A stretch of DNA of 64,000 nt. It comes from Heteronotia binoei. Taxonomy: Eukaryota. The first letter of the stretch is position 1. Each line of letters starts with the position of its first letter. Position numbers and translations under genes: made by a program. This document shows positions 9,938-22,102 of this stretch, one piece after another. The notes beneath the pieces are model-generated. The model did no database searches. It was not told the origin of the DNA and worked only from the letters and a program-made list of their open reading frames with translations. The DNA lies in NCBI RefSeq assembly GCF_032191835.1, contig NC_083235.1:15624001-15688000 (forward strand), read 5' to 3'.

Positions 9938-10331
9938 CAGTGTTCCCTCTCAGCTGAGTTAGTGTGAGCCAGCTCACAGATTTTTAGCCTCCAGCTCACA
10001 GATTTTTGTCTTAGCTCAGGAAGGATGATCCCAGAGCACAATAATTTAGGCAGTAACTCTAAACTTTAATGCCAGTAACTCACAATTTTAATACCAGTAG
10101 CCAGGGGTGGAATTCTAGCGGGAGCTCCTTTGCATATTAGGCCACACACCCCTGATGTAGCCAATCCTCCAAGAACTTACAAGGCTCTTTTGCATAAACT
10201 CTTGAGGATTGGCTACATCAGGGGTGTGTGGCTTAATATGCAAAGGAGCTCCTGCTAGAATTCCACCCCTGCCAATAACTCACAAAGTAGAATTCTTGTT
10301 CACAAGACATTGCAGCTTAGAGGGAACCTTG
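9938..10331. mobile_element. MITE with CAGTGTTCCCTCT termini, containing the nested 170-bp palindromic MITE
   Basis: TIR cagtgttccctctcagctg vs caaggttccctctaagctg (16/19); no recognisable TSD. Confidence 0.65.
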
Positions 10332-11059
10332 CTCCCAACTGCTGGTATTCCCAGGAGGTCCCCCATCCAAGTACTTGCCACAGTCGACCCTGCTTAGCTT
10401 CTGAGATCTGATGAAATCGGGCTTGCCTGGGATATCCAGGTCCTCATGTCCTGTCTTCAGGAGGAGGAAGAGCCATGGGGGGAGGCAGAATGATGTCAGC
10501 ACTCTAAAGGAACCATCTCAGGAGGTCGGAATCCTGCACCTTCCTGGTTACACCTCCAGCGATCACATCCACCACTGTCGCAGTGTGATGGTCTTCCAGA
10601 AAAGGTGCGGCAGGATCTCCAATTGCTTCTCTTCGGTGGCAATGTCTTCATGTGCCTCACACTATCTTTCTGACAGCTACTAAATCCAAGGGCTGATCAT
10701 ATAACAAGAAGTACTGAAAATCAAGAAGAAAGCTGATCAATGGGTGGGTGATTCAAACTATGGGTGGGTAGGTCCAGAAGGATTTCTTCTCTGCTTCATG
10801 TGGATGACACGGGCACTCTCCAGTATGTGCTTATCATACATGAACACATGAAGCTGCCTTGTACTGAACCAGACCATTGGTCCATCAAGGTCAGTCTCGT
10901 CTGCTCAGCCTGGTAGCTGCTTTCCAGGAGCCCAGGGAAAGGTCTTTCACATCATCTGCTACCTGTGTTGGTTTTTTGAATAAATGTGTAGAGTAAATAA
11001 GCAAACAGAGAACACCATGTGTGTTTGAGATTTATAGAAAACTACCTTTATTAGAAATA

Positions 11060-11282
11060 TATGAACATATGAACATAGGAAGCTGCCTTATTCTGAATCA
11101 GACCCTCAGTCCATCAAAGTCAGTATTGTCTATTCAGACTGGCAGCGGCTCTTCGGGGTCTCAAGCTGAGGTTTTTCACATCGATTTGCCTGGACCCTTT
11201 TTAGTTGGAGATGCCGATGATTGAACCTAGGGCCTTCTGCTTAACAAGCAGATGCTCTACCACTGAGCCACCGTCCCTCCCC
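11060..11282 (-). mobile_element. tRNA-derived SINE (Squam2-like); copies ~19393-19607, 30028-30240, 43738-43952, 52390-52613, 60567-60782; head deleted in unit 1
   Basis: Minus-strand head ggtggctcagtggtagagcatctgc...ggttcaatc (A and B boxes) and an (ATGTTC)-type tail. Confidence 0.8.
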
Positions 11283-12095
11283 ATTTTGAAAAATAAGGGA
11301 AGGAAGGTACATAGGAAGGGGAATTCCCAGACATAGGAGTTGGGGATGGAAGAAAGGAACGAGAAAGCAGAAGAGACAGCACCTGGTCTGGCTTTGAGTT
11401 GGCACCGATTGTTCTCTTTCTCTCCCTGGTGGGATCAGTGCCTGGGAGAGGAAGTGGGGAAAGGTGCTGTTGCTTTCTTCTGCTGTCACCACCTTTCTGT
11501 CTGGCCAGCTTTTTCTCTGTCTTGTGCTGGAGCCTTCTGCCCCCATCTAACACTTCCCCTCTTCCCTTAATTGATTGCCTGGCTTCTTCTTTGCCCCACC
11601 CCATCACTATTGGTGGCTGCCTTCGTATTAACCAAGATCCAGTTGAGGACCACGTAACCTCCTCTTCCATTTTGAAAAACGTTTATCTACAAACCTAGGG
11701 GTTTCTATGGGCTTGGATGAAAATGACTTCTTTCCATACTGGCCCCATTTTGTGGGGTTTTTAAAAACAGAACTCAGAGGGAAATGTAGATTTATTTTAA
11801 AAAAGAAATCCTGAATTCCTGATCCAGAGCCTCACAGTTCTGAATCTGAATTCTGACACTACATCTTGAGGCTGACACATGTATCTTGAGTGGCAGGAAT
11901 AATGGATGCATCAGGGAGAGAAACACAGAGATGTGAATCAAAGAGAGAATACATCCTAGAAGGATTCTCCCATAGTTTGCTCATTGGGTAGCTTACCTTG
12001 ATAATAGTGGGAGGGAGAAATGTGAATCTTGGGATTAATTAGCCATGCTTGGCTTCATGGCTCTAACTTTCTTTCAATTTCCTCACTTCAGCAGC

Positions 12096-13037
12096 ATGAG
12101 TCCAATGAATCACAGGAACAGAACAGAAGTTTCTGAGTTCCTCCTCCGAGGTTTTCCATCCCAGCCAGAGGTTCAAAGGCTTCTCTTCCTTCTCTTCCTT
12201 TCTGTCTATCTGCTTATCCTCCTGGGAAATGTCACAATCATCTTGTTGATCCGCTCCAACACACAGCTCCTCCATACTCCCATGTACTTCCTGCTCAGCC
12301 ACCTTGCCCTAGCTGACCTTGGTTTCACCTCCACCACCATCCCCAAGGTATTAGATAACCTGCTGTCTCAGAAAAAGACTATCTCCTACCATGGTTGTCT
12401 GGCCCAGATGTATTTCTATATGTCTTTTGGCAACACAGACAGCTTCCTGCTGGCTTCCATGGCCTATGACCGCTATGTGGCTATCTGCTGCCCGCTACAC
12501 TATTCTAACATGATGAGCCACAGGCGTTGCCTTCAACTGGCCACAGTGTCCTGGCTTCTCCCCATAATTGACTCACTGCTTTATAGTGTTTTGCTATCCC
12601 GTGTTGAGTTCTGTGACCCTGAAGAGATCCCTCATTTCTTCTGTGATGTTGTCCCATTATTGTCTGTCTGCTGCTCTGATACGAGCCTTATAGAAACACT
12701 TCTGCTGACTGAGGGGATGGTGGATATCCTGGGGCCCTTTGTGGTCATTATTCTTTCATACGCCCTCATCTTTTATACCATCATGAAAATTCCATCTGCC
12801 GTCGGGAAGCGCAAGGCTTTTTCCACATGTGGGTCCCACATTTGCGTGGTGATCTTGTTCTACGGCACTGTAAGCTGGGTGTATTTAAAGCCGAATTCCA
12901 AGAACTTAGACCACCAGGACACAGTTGCAGCTGTGTTGTATACCATAGTGACCCCCGTGTTGAATCCTTTCATCTACAGCCTCAGAAACAGCGAGATGAG
13001 GGCGGCCATGAAGAGGGTCATTACGCGGCATTTTTGA
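12096..13037 (+). CDS. Olfactory receptor copy 2, 313 aa, intact (subtype A)
   Basis: Same OR motifs. ATG follows acceptor cttcag/cag (12091/12094). In-frame upstream ATGs exist at 12045 and 12057. Confidence 0.96.
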   Translation: MSPMNHRNRTEVSEFLLRGFPSQPEVQRLLFLLFLSVYLLILLGNVTIILLIRSNTQLLHTPMYFLLSHLALADLGFTSTTIPKVLDNLLSQKKTISYHGCLAQMYFYMSFGNTDSFLLASMAYDRYVAICCPLHYSNMMSHRRCLQLATVSWLLPIIDSLLYSVLLSRVEFCDPEEIPHFFCDVVPLLSVCCSDTSLIETLLLTEGMVDILGPFVVIILSYALIFYTIMKIPSAVGKRKAFSTCGSHICVVILFYGTVSWVYLKPNSKNLDHQDTVAAVLYTIVTPVLNPFIYSLRNSEMRAAMKRVITRHF

Positions 13038-16000
13038 TGATGTGTTAAAGGGCCAAACCATTGGATTATGCTATAGCCTCAATTCTCCACATTTTCCTGT
13101 TAAGGGGAAAATGCTACTGAAAGATTTCAAAGTCGATCTGACTCCAATGAGAACAAGAGAAAGAAATTTTACATAAAAAAATAGAAGTCCATCTTACATG
13201 GCAAATTCATGTAGGGACATTTTGATTTATTGTGAATAGATTAACTTCATAAAGGTTATCTTGCTATTGGTCGAAGCCTAGGTAAGAGAGAGAAGAAGAG
13301 AGGTCCCTTAAAAGATGACACAGAAGGCAAACAACAGTCAAAGAGATTCAGCATCTAACTGATGATTAGGTGGGGTCTACTGCCAAATGGGAGAATTCTC
13401 TTAACTCTTTTCCTCCCAGAGTCACAATTAAGAATGACACGTTTACACATCAATCTCCAATTTTGATATATTTATTTGCTTCACTGTTTTCCTCCAGAAT
13501 TAAATCCAAACAATGGTGATTTAATAAACTTAACTTGTTATTCCTCTTTGCATTTGTTAAAATATCCTCATTATGTAGTATGCTAATTTGCTGTTCAGCC
13601 TCTGCCACCCCTGGTGGAGCCAACTCCTAGGCAATGTTAGAGCCTTGAAGGACCTTACCCAGTTCTGCAAGGCCTGTAAAACAACGTCATTTCGAATGGC
13701 CTTCAACCAAAATCTGTAAATGACCAATGCTTTTAAAGAATGGCATGATGTTCGCACCAAACCGTTGTTTTAAAGCTGCACTAATAATTTTAAATTGTAA
13801 CCTGTCTTAACTTTTAATGGGCTTTATTGTGATTGTTTTTATTGTTTTATTGTTAACATTATGATGCTGTTAGCCGCCCTGAGCCTGCTTCGACGGGGAG
13901 GGCGGGATATAAATGTGAAAAATAAATAAATAAATAGATAAATATATGTATGGACTGGTAAATTCCATTTCATTGAAATTGAGGAAGTGTGTGTGCACAC
14001 GAAAGCTCATATCTTGAATAAAACTTTGTTGGACTTAAAGGTGTTACTGGACTCAAACTTTGTTCTAGAAAGTGTGGTTGGCAAGAGATGTTTTCTCCCC
14101 TTACAATGGCTATCAGCAGCTTTCCATGATTTCTATCCGTGAAATGGCACTGGGTGGGGGGAATTAATTCCCCTTGGCTGCTTTTCAGCCTTAAAAGAAA
14201 GCATTGGGAAACCCAGATGGGCCCCGTTTTTCCTGTCTATGGCAAGGGAAGCAAAAGTCCTTTGGTCAATCTCTATTACCTGCCCCTCCCATAACAGACA
14301 CCCTGTGAGGTAGGAGGGGCTGGGAGAGCTTTTACAGCAGCTGACCTTTCAAGGAGAACTCCTATGGGAGCTATGGATGACTCAAGGCCACCCCAGCAGC
14401 TGCAAGTGGAGGAGCGGGAATCAATGAGTTCTCTCAGATAAGAGTCTGCACACTTAACCACTAAACCAAATTCCCTAAATCAAAATCACTTAATGCCCTA
14501 AATAAAAATAAATAAATAATAAAAAAGTTGCAATGATGCTCTGGTTTGCTGAGCGGGACTGGAGGGGGTTCCTCACAACCCCCTCCCCCCCAACACTCTG
14601 CTTTTATCCCCCTGGGAAATATGCATGGAGTTCACATTCAGACTAAACGTGCAAACATGCCTTAGGATGCAATTCAATGCATCCTGATCTGAGAGTAAAT
14701 ACCATTGAACATCATAGGGTCATCTTCTGACTAGACAAGCATAGGATTGTGCCAGTAGGATAATTGGTAGCTGACTAATCTTACCAGGCAAGAGGCTGAC
14801 ATCCCTGAATCCAGAGTTAACCTTTTGATGGCATATTCATGACCCAAAATCTATTCTGGGGGTTCTAGGGACCACATTGAGGCTATATATATATAGGCCT
14901 GGGTGACTCCACATGATGGTTGCTACATGATGGTGCTTAGTTGCCTAGAGTTTCATGGGGATATGCTGATCACCAGGGCTTTTTTGGTAGAAAAAGCCCA
15001 GCAAGAACACCCCATGACATCACCATTGTTTCACACAGGGCTATTTTTGTAGAAAAACTCATTTGCATATTAAGCCACACCTTCTGATACCAAGCCAGGC
15101 AGAACTGCGTTCCTTCCAAAAAAAATGCCCTGTGGATCACCCACTCCGAAGAGAACATTCTCTCTCTTTCCCACTCTAGTTAGTAGCACTTACTTTCAGA
15201 GCCTTCTTCCCCCTATTGGAAGCCAGGTACAAGATGGTGTGGCTCATCCAAGTGTTTGGGATAGCTTGATTTTGACTGTTAGCCAGCATTTAGGCTATAA
15301 GATGTGTAGCTTTAGTTACGCCTGGGGCCCTCGAGGTCTGGCAAGCTTTGCTGTGCAGAGGCAGTCCAAACCAAGCAACCAGAGTTTGTTTCCTGCCTTG
15401 AAAGTCATATGGGGTAGGGGGTCCCCTCCAAATAATTTGGCTGCGACTTCTAAGTACCTTCCGCAACCAGACTTTTAAAGCTAAATGTGGATTACCCAGC
15501 AGTATGGTGGACTCAGTGGTTTCAACCTCCTCCCTGCTATTGAAAGGGCTGGTTGGTTCCTCTGGAGAAAACAGCTCAATGGCATCAAACCCTGCTGCAG
15601 TTCCTCTAGGGTTGCCAAGTCCAATTAAAGAAAAATCTGGGGACTTTGGGGGCGGAGCCAGGAGACTTTGGGGTGGAGCCAGGAGACATTGGGGGTGGAG
15701 CCAGGAACAAGGATGTGACAAGCATAATTGAACTCCAAGGGAGTTCTGGCCATCACATTTAAAGGGACAGCACGCCTTTTTAAATGCCTTTCTTCCATAG
15801 AAAATAATTAAGGATAGGGGCACCATCATTTGGGGCTCATAGAATTGGACCCTCTGGTCCAATATTTTTGAAACTTGGGGGGTATTTTGGGGAGAAGCAC
15901 TAGCTGCTATACTAAAAATCTGGTGCCTCTACCTCAAAAAATAGCCCCCCCCGAGCCCCCAATACCCATGGATCAATTCCCTATTATTCTCTATGGGAAT

Positions 16001-16196
16001 CGTTCTCCATAGGGAATAATAGAGTGCCTAGTAGACATTTCCCTCCCCCCTCACACTTTCTAAAGGGGGGGGGAAGGCCTCCATACCGGGGAATCCCCCC
16101 TCTTTGCCCTCTCCCTCTCTCTCTCACACACAAATACTTACCGTACTTGGTCTTCTTCCAGCAGAATTTGCTCGCTGTGAAAACGAAAGCAAGGCT

Positions 16197-16453
16197 ATCT
16201 TTCTGCTATCTGGGAGAACCGGGTTTGATTCCCCACTCCTCCACTTGCAGCTGCTGGCATGGCCTTGGGTCAGCCATAGCTCTGGCAGAGGTTGTCCTTG
16301 AAAGGGCAGCTGTTGTGAGAGCCCTCTCCAGCCCCACCCACCTCACAGGGTGTTTGTTGTGGGGGAGGAAGGTAAAGGAGATTGTGAGCCGCTCTGAGAC
16401 TCTTCGGAGTGGAGGGCGGGATATAAATCCAATATCTTCTTCTTCTTCTTCTT
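16197..16453 (+). mobile_element. Young, 5'-truncated Squam3-like SINE nested inside the hAT element of unit 2
   Basis: B box gggtttgattccc; L2-like 3' end gagggcgggatataaat; (CTT)n tail; absent from the sister hAT copy at ~8157. Confidence 0.8.
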
Positions 16454-19242
16454 CACAGGAAAAGAAAAGGAGGGGCTGTTCCTGTTTCCTTGCAGCCTTA
16501 AAGGGACACATTTTAAAAATGGATCCCAAGCTGTAAAACAACATGATGCCTACAGGTATGTTCTCTCTCCCCCCGCCCCCAGATCTTTTAAGAGCGGGGG
16601 AGGAGGTTTAAAATTTGGGGGTCCCCCACCAGGGCGGGAGGTTTGGGAAGCCTAGGTTCCTCCCTTCTTCAGCTACCATGACACTACTTGTAGCACGGGT
16701 TCTAACCTCTGAGCTTCAGATAGGCATCCCTCCTGGCAACCAGCAGGGGATGCAGGGGACTTACAAGGAGAAAGAGAAAGGCCTAGGCCTTCTCTCTGCC
16801 ATTGATGATGTTATCAAGCCAGTGTAAAGCTGCCAAGTTCCCAACGGGGGGGGGGGGGGCATCTTCTGGTTTGGTGGGCCTTAACCCACAGGCAGGGAGG
16901 AGGCTGCAGGAAGGATCCCCACTCCCAAAGAGTCCTGTCAGCGTACAGTGCGATGACATCACCTAGAAGTGATATATTGTGTCCGGCACATTGTGCGGGG
17001 ATGCTCTAGGAAATCATGGAAAACTCTGTGAGCTTTCTCCCAAATTGCTAGAGCGTCCCTGTGCAAAACCATAGAGTTTTCAGCGATTTTCTAGAGCGTC
17101 TCCATGAGACATGTCCATGTGACATCATTGCACTGCATGTGCAAGTTCCCACCAGCAGCCAGTGGGAACTTGGCAACCCTAACCTAGAGACGTCCAGGCA
17201 AAACTGTGGTATTTGGGTGAAAACTCTATGGCAAAATTGGCTTCTGATTAGACTGGAACGTTTCTTCTTAGTCAGGCCCAGGGCTTTTTTTGACCAGGAA
17301 TGCACAGAAACGCAGTTCTGACTGGCTTGGCATCAGGGGGCATGGCCTAATATGCAAATATCCAAATGAGCTCCTTCTGGGTATTTTCTACAAAAAAGCC
17401 CTGCATGAAAGAATGGTGACATCAGGGGGTGTGGCCTAATATGCAAATGAGCCCCTGTTGGGCTTTTCCTGCAAATAAAGCCCTGATCAGTCATAGCTAT
17501 GTTAACCCTTAAGGAGGTTACTTGAACATGATTGTGGACGTTCCAGCTAAAGCTGTGTCCCACATGAGTGTTAATGTTCTGAAGGGTAGCTAGGGAGTAT
17601 ATAACTTGTAGCTATTCTGCAGCCAGTGTCTGGCAAATGTGTGTGTGTTTTTAAAGGACAATATACTATAAACGGGCTAATTTGCAATGGCCTCTGGGGT
17701 TCTGTCTCAGAAGTATTCCTCTGGGTCACAGCCCTGAAAGATGCCAAGCCGTGAACAAAAGCTGATGGTGCCACCGTGCCACCCATTGTTTCATGCAATA
17801 GCAAACTGTTTGTCAGATCTGCTCAGCAGAAGACGAAGGCTTGTGTTCACCAGGAGGAAAAAGCCAAATACATTCCCTCCTTCCTGATCTCTCTGTGGGA
17901 TGGTCCCGCCGTTCTTTGGCACCTACAGACTCACAAACTCTGCTGCTGCTGCAAACAGAAAGCATCTTTTTGGGTAGCATTTACCAACTGGGTAAGTAAG
18001 AGCCCTGCGGGCACCAGAAAATTCCTATCACCGATAAGCCCACTGAAGCCTCTTTATTACTTCTGTCAGGGGCACCCAGCAGGTCCCACTGAGTTGCTGT
18101 TTCTGGCTCCTACTCATGGAACCCCTCAACAACTTCCCAGACCCTGATAGCCTTGAGCAGTGCTCCCTCTCAGCTGAGTTAGTGTGAGCCAGCTCACAGA
18201 TTTTTAGCCTCCAGCTCACAGATTTTTGTCTTAGCTCAGGAAGGATGATCCCAGAGCACAACAATTTAGGCAGTAACTCTAAACTTTAATGCCAGTAACT
18301 CACAATTTTAATACCAGTAGCCAAGGGTGGAATTCTAGCGGGAGCTCCTTTGCATATTAGGCCACATACCCCAGATGTAGCCAATCCTCCAAGAACTTAC
18401 AAGGCTCTTTTGCATAAACTCTTGAGGATTGGCTACATCAGGGGTGTGTGGCTTAATATGCAAAGGAGCTCCTGCTAGAATTCCACCCCTGCCAATAACT
18501 CACAAAGTAGAATTCTTGTTCACAAGACATTGCAGCTTAGAGGGAACCTTGCTCCCAACTGCTGGTATTCCCAGGAGGTCCCCCATCGAAGTACTTGCCA
18601 CAGTCGACCCTGCTTAGCTTCGGGCTTGCCTGGGATATCCAGGTCCTCATGTCCTGTCTTTGGGAGGAGGAAGAGCCATGGGGGGGGAGGCAGAATGATG
18701 TCAGCACTCTAAAGGAACCATCTCAGGGGGTCGGAATCCTGCACCTTCCTGGTTACACCTCCAGCGATCACATCCACCACTGTCGCAGTGTGATGGTCTT
18801 CCAGAAAAGGTGTGGCAGGATCTCCAATTGCTTCTCTTCGGTGGCAATGTCTTCATGTGCCTCACACTATCTTTCTGACAGCTACTAAATCCAAGGGCTG
18901 ATCATATAACAAGAAGTACTGAAAATCAAGAAGAAAGCTGATCAATGGGTGGGTGATTCAAACTATGGGTGGGTAGGTCAGGACGGATTTCTGCTCTGCT
19001 TCATGTGGATGACACGGGCACTCTCCAGTATGTGCTTATCTTACATGAACACATGAAGCTGCCTTGTACTAAACCAGACCATCGGTCCATCAAGGTCAGT
19101 CTCGTCTGCTCAGCCTGGTAGCTGCTTTCCAGGAGCCCAGGGAAAGGTCTTTCACATCATCTGCTACCTGTGTTGGTTTTTTGTATAAATGTGCAGAGTA
19201 AATAAGCAAACAGAGAACACCATGTGTGTTTGAGATTTATAG

Positions 19243-19248
<6 letters not shown>

Positions 19249-19273
<25 letters not shown>

Positions 19274-19372
19274 GGCTTGGCTTCGCGAACGAAGATTTAA
19301 GAAGGGTGCAATAGTCCACGTCTGCTGCAGGCTCGCTGGTGGCTGACAAGACCAATGTGGGACAGGCAGGTC
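19249..19372 (-). mobile_element. RTE-clade LINE 3' fragment with (GA)n tail, private to unit 3
   Basis: The minus strand encodes TCLSHIGLVSHQRACS...* (RTE-type C-terminal motif); 4-bp TSD aact. Confidence 0.7.
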
Positions 19373-20244
19373 AACTACCTTTATTAGAAATATATAAACA
19401 TAGGAAGCTTCTTTATTCTGAATGAGACCCTCAGTCCATCAAATTCAGTATTGTCTATTCAGACTGGCAGCGGCTCTCTGGGGTCTCAAGCTGAGGTTTT
19501 TCACATCGATTTGCCTGGACCCTTTTTAGTTGGAGATGCTGATGATTGAACCTAGGGCCTTCTGCTTGCCAAGGAGATGCTCTACCACTGAGACACCGTC
19601 CCTCCCCATTTTGAAAAATAAGGGAAGGAAGGTACATAGGAAGAAGAAGGGGAATTCCCAGAGATAGGAGTTGGGGATGGAAGAAAGGAAGGAGAAAGCA
19701 GAAGAGACAGCACCTGGTCTGGCTTTGAGTTGGCACTGATTGTTCTCTTTCTCTCCCTGGTGGGTTCAATGCCTAGGAGAGGAAGGGGGGAAAGGTGCTG
19801 TTGCTTTCTTCTGCTGCCACCAGCTTTCTGTCTGGCCAGCTTTTTCTCTGTCTTGTGCTGGAGCCTTCTGCCCCCATCTAACGCTTCCCCTCTTCCCTTA
19901 ATTGATTGCCTGGATTCTTCTTTGCCCCACCCCATCAGTATTGGTGGCTGCCTTCGTATTAACCAAGATCCAGTTGAGGACCACGTAACCTCCTCTTCCA
20001 TTTTGAAAAACGTTTATCTACAAACCTAGGGGTTTCTCTGGGCTTGGATGAAGATGACTTCTTTCCATACTGGCCCCATTTTGTGGGGTTTTTATAAACA
20101 GAACTCAGAGGGAAATGTAGATTTATTTTTAAAAAGAAATCCTGAATTATCAAAGATTTCAGCTTTTCACGGCTGGTAACATCATTAGGGTTTGTAGAAT
20201 CTTTCGGGATCAAGTGCCGTGTTCTACTGGAGAAAGTTTTCCTT

Positions 20245-20285
20245 CCAGACGTTTTGTTCTCAGCTGTGGAGAACATCCTCAGTGG
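20245..20285 (-). ncRNA. Second hammerhead motif, core-mutated (GAAA to AAAA)
   Basis: The minus strand reads ccaCTGAGGAtgttctccacagctgagaacAAAACGTCtgg; position 20255 is T where C is needed. Confidence 0.65.
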
Positions 20286-20769
20286 CGTTGCAGCCAGAGC
20301 AGGCGCTGAGCAGGCGCTCAGACCTTCTTGGCTGCTGTGCATTGAATGGGGCCAGGGCTGCTGGAGAGCTGCTATTTGTAGGCTGGAGGGGGTGTGATGA
20401 AAGGGCAATTTTCATCCACCAAACTTGGTACCCAGCTCTGCAAAACACCCTACAGACTATAAATTGCAGAAAGTCTCAGAACAACCAGCAAATTCCACAG
20501 AACAATCAGCACAGTCAACAACCATCTTCCTTATCTTCAAACCCCTTCCAACCTTCCCAGCAATTAACACAGAACAATGGTCACATTCAACAGCCAGTTT
20601 CCTTATCACTACCCTTCCAGGAAGCCCCACCAAACAATGGGCACATCCACAAACCAATTGCCCTTTCATCACACCCCCTCCAGCCTACAAATAGCAGCTC
20701 TCCAGCAGCCCTGGCCCCACTCAATGCACAGCAGCCAAGAAGGTCTGAGCGCCTGCTCCGGCTGCAACA

Positions 20770-20810
20770 CCACTGAGGATGTTCTCCGCAGCTGAGAACG
20801 AAACGTCTGG
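20770..20810 (+). ncRNA. Minimal type I hammerhead ribozyme motif (intact core)
   Basis: cca-CTGAGGA-t-gttctc-cgcagct-gagaac-GAAAC-GTC-tgg: stem I cca/tgg, 6-bp stem II, palindromic ACGT stem III; predicted cleavage after 20807. Confidence 0.7.
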
Positions 20811-21160
20811 AAGGAAAACTTTCTCCAGTAGAACATGGCACTTGATCCCGAAAGATTCTACAAACCCTAATAAATCCTGAATTCCTGATCCAGAGCCTCA
20901 CAGTTCTGAATCTGAATTCTGACAGTATATCTTGAGGCTGACACATGTATCTTGAGTGGCAGGAATAATGGATGCATCAGGGAGAGAAACACAGAAATGT
21001 GAATCAAAGAGAGAATACATTCTAGAAGGATTCTCCCAAAGTTTGCTCATTTGGTAGCTACCTTGATAATAGTGGGAGGGAGAAATGTGAATCTTGGGAT
21101 TAATTAGCCATACTTGGCTTCATGGCTCTAACTTTCTTTCAATTTCCTCACTTCAGCAGC

Positions 21161-22102
21161 ATGAGTCCAATGAATCACAGGAACACAACAGAAGTTTCTG
21201 AGTTTCTCCTCCGAGGTTTTACATCCCAGCCAGAGGTCCAAAGGCTTCTCTTCCCTCTCTTCCTTTCTGTCTATCTGCTCATCCTCCTGGGAAATGTCAC
21301 AATCATCTTGTTGATCCGCTCCAACACGCAGCTCCTCCAGACTCCCATGTACTTCCTGCTCAGCCACCTTGCCCTAGCTGACCTTGGTTTCACCTCCACC
21401 ACCATCCCCAAGGCATTAGATAACCTGCTGTCTCAGAAGAAGACTATCTCCTACCGTGGTTGTCTTTCTCAAATATATTTCTATTCATTTTTTGGCAACT
21501 CAGACAGCTTCCTACTGGCTTCCATGGCCTACGACCGTTATGTGGCTATCTGCTGCCCGCTACGCTATTCTAACATGATGAGCCACAGGCGTTGCCTTCA
21601 ACTGGCCACAGTGTCCTGGCTTCTCCCCATAATTGACTCACTGCTTTATACTCTTTTGCTATCCCATGTTGAGTTCTGTGACCCTGAAGAGATCCCTCAT
21701 TTCTTCTGTGATCTTGTCCCATTATTGTCTGTCTGCTGCTCTGATACGAGCCTCATAGAAACACTTCTGCTGACTGAGGGGATGGTGGATATCCTGGGGC
21801 CCTTTGTGGTCATTATTCTTTCGTACGCCCTCATCTTTTATTCCATCATGAAAATTCCATCTGCCGTCGGGAAGCGCAAGGCTTTCTCCACATGCGGGTC
21901 CCACATTTGCGTGGTGGTCTTGTTCTACGGCACTGTAAGCTGGGTGTATTTAAAGCCGAATTCCAAGAACTTAGACTACCAGGACACAGTGGCAGCTGTG
22001 ATGTATACCATGGTGACCCCCGTGTTGAATCCTTTCATCTACAGCCTCAGGAACAGCGAGATGAAGACGGCCATGAAGAGGGTCATTATGCGGCATTTTT
22101 GA
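21161..22102 (+). CDS. Olfactory receptor copy 3, 313 aa, intact (subtype A)
   Basis: OR motifs MAYDRYVAIC, KAFSTCGSH, PVLNPFIYSLRN; acceptor AG at 21156/21159. Confidence 0.96.
   Translation: MSPMNHRNTTEVSEFLLRGFTSQPEVQRLLFPLFLSVYLLILLGNVTIILLIRSNTQLLQTPMYFLLSHLALADLGFTSTTIPKALDNLLSQKKTISYRGCLSQIYFYSFFGNSDSFLLASMAYDRYVAICCPLRYSNMMSHRRCLQLATVSWLLPIIDSLLYTLLLSHVEFCDPEEIPHFFCDLVPLLSVCCSDTSLIETLLLTEGMVDILGPFVVIILSYALIFYSIMKIPSAVGKRKAFSTCGSHICVVVLFYGTVSWVYLKPNSKNLDYQDTVAAVMYTMVTPVLNPFIYSLRNSEMKTAMKRVIMRHF

Larger units (their letters stand above)
20149..20871. mobile_element. Penelope-like element insertion with inverted pLTR arms (723 bp), private to unit 3
   Basis: 12-bp TSD aaatcctgaatt (20137-48, 20872-83); inverted arms 20184-20410 and 20656-20871; the spacer encodes an ORF tail HQTWYPALQN; arms contain hammerhead cores typical of PLE pLTRs. 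Confidence 0.8.

Noticed and set aside
11225-11282. tRNA gene
   Set aside because: A and B boxes are present, but it continues into a SINE body without a full cloverleaf.
20219-20776. 185-aa Q/N/S-rich ORF as a host gene
   Set aside because: It lies wholly in the Penelope insertion and crosses the inversion junction; only the short tail is element-derived coding sequence.
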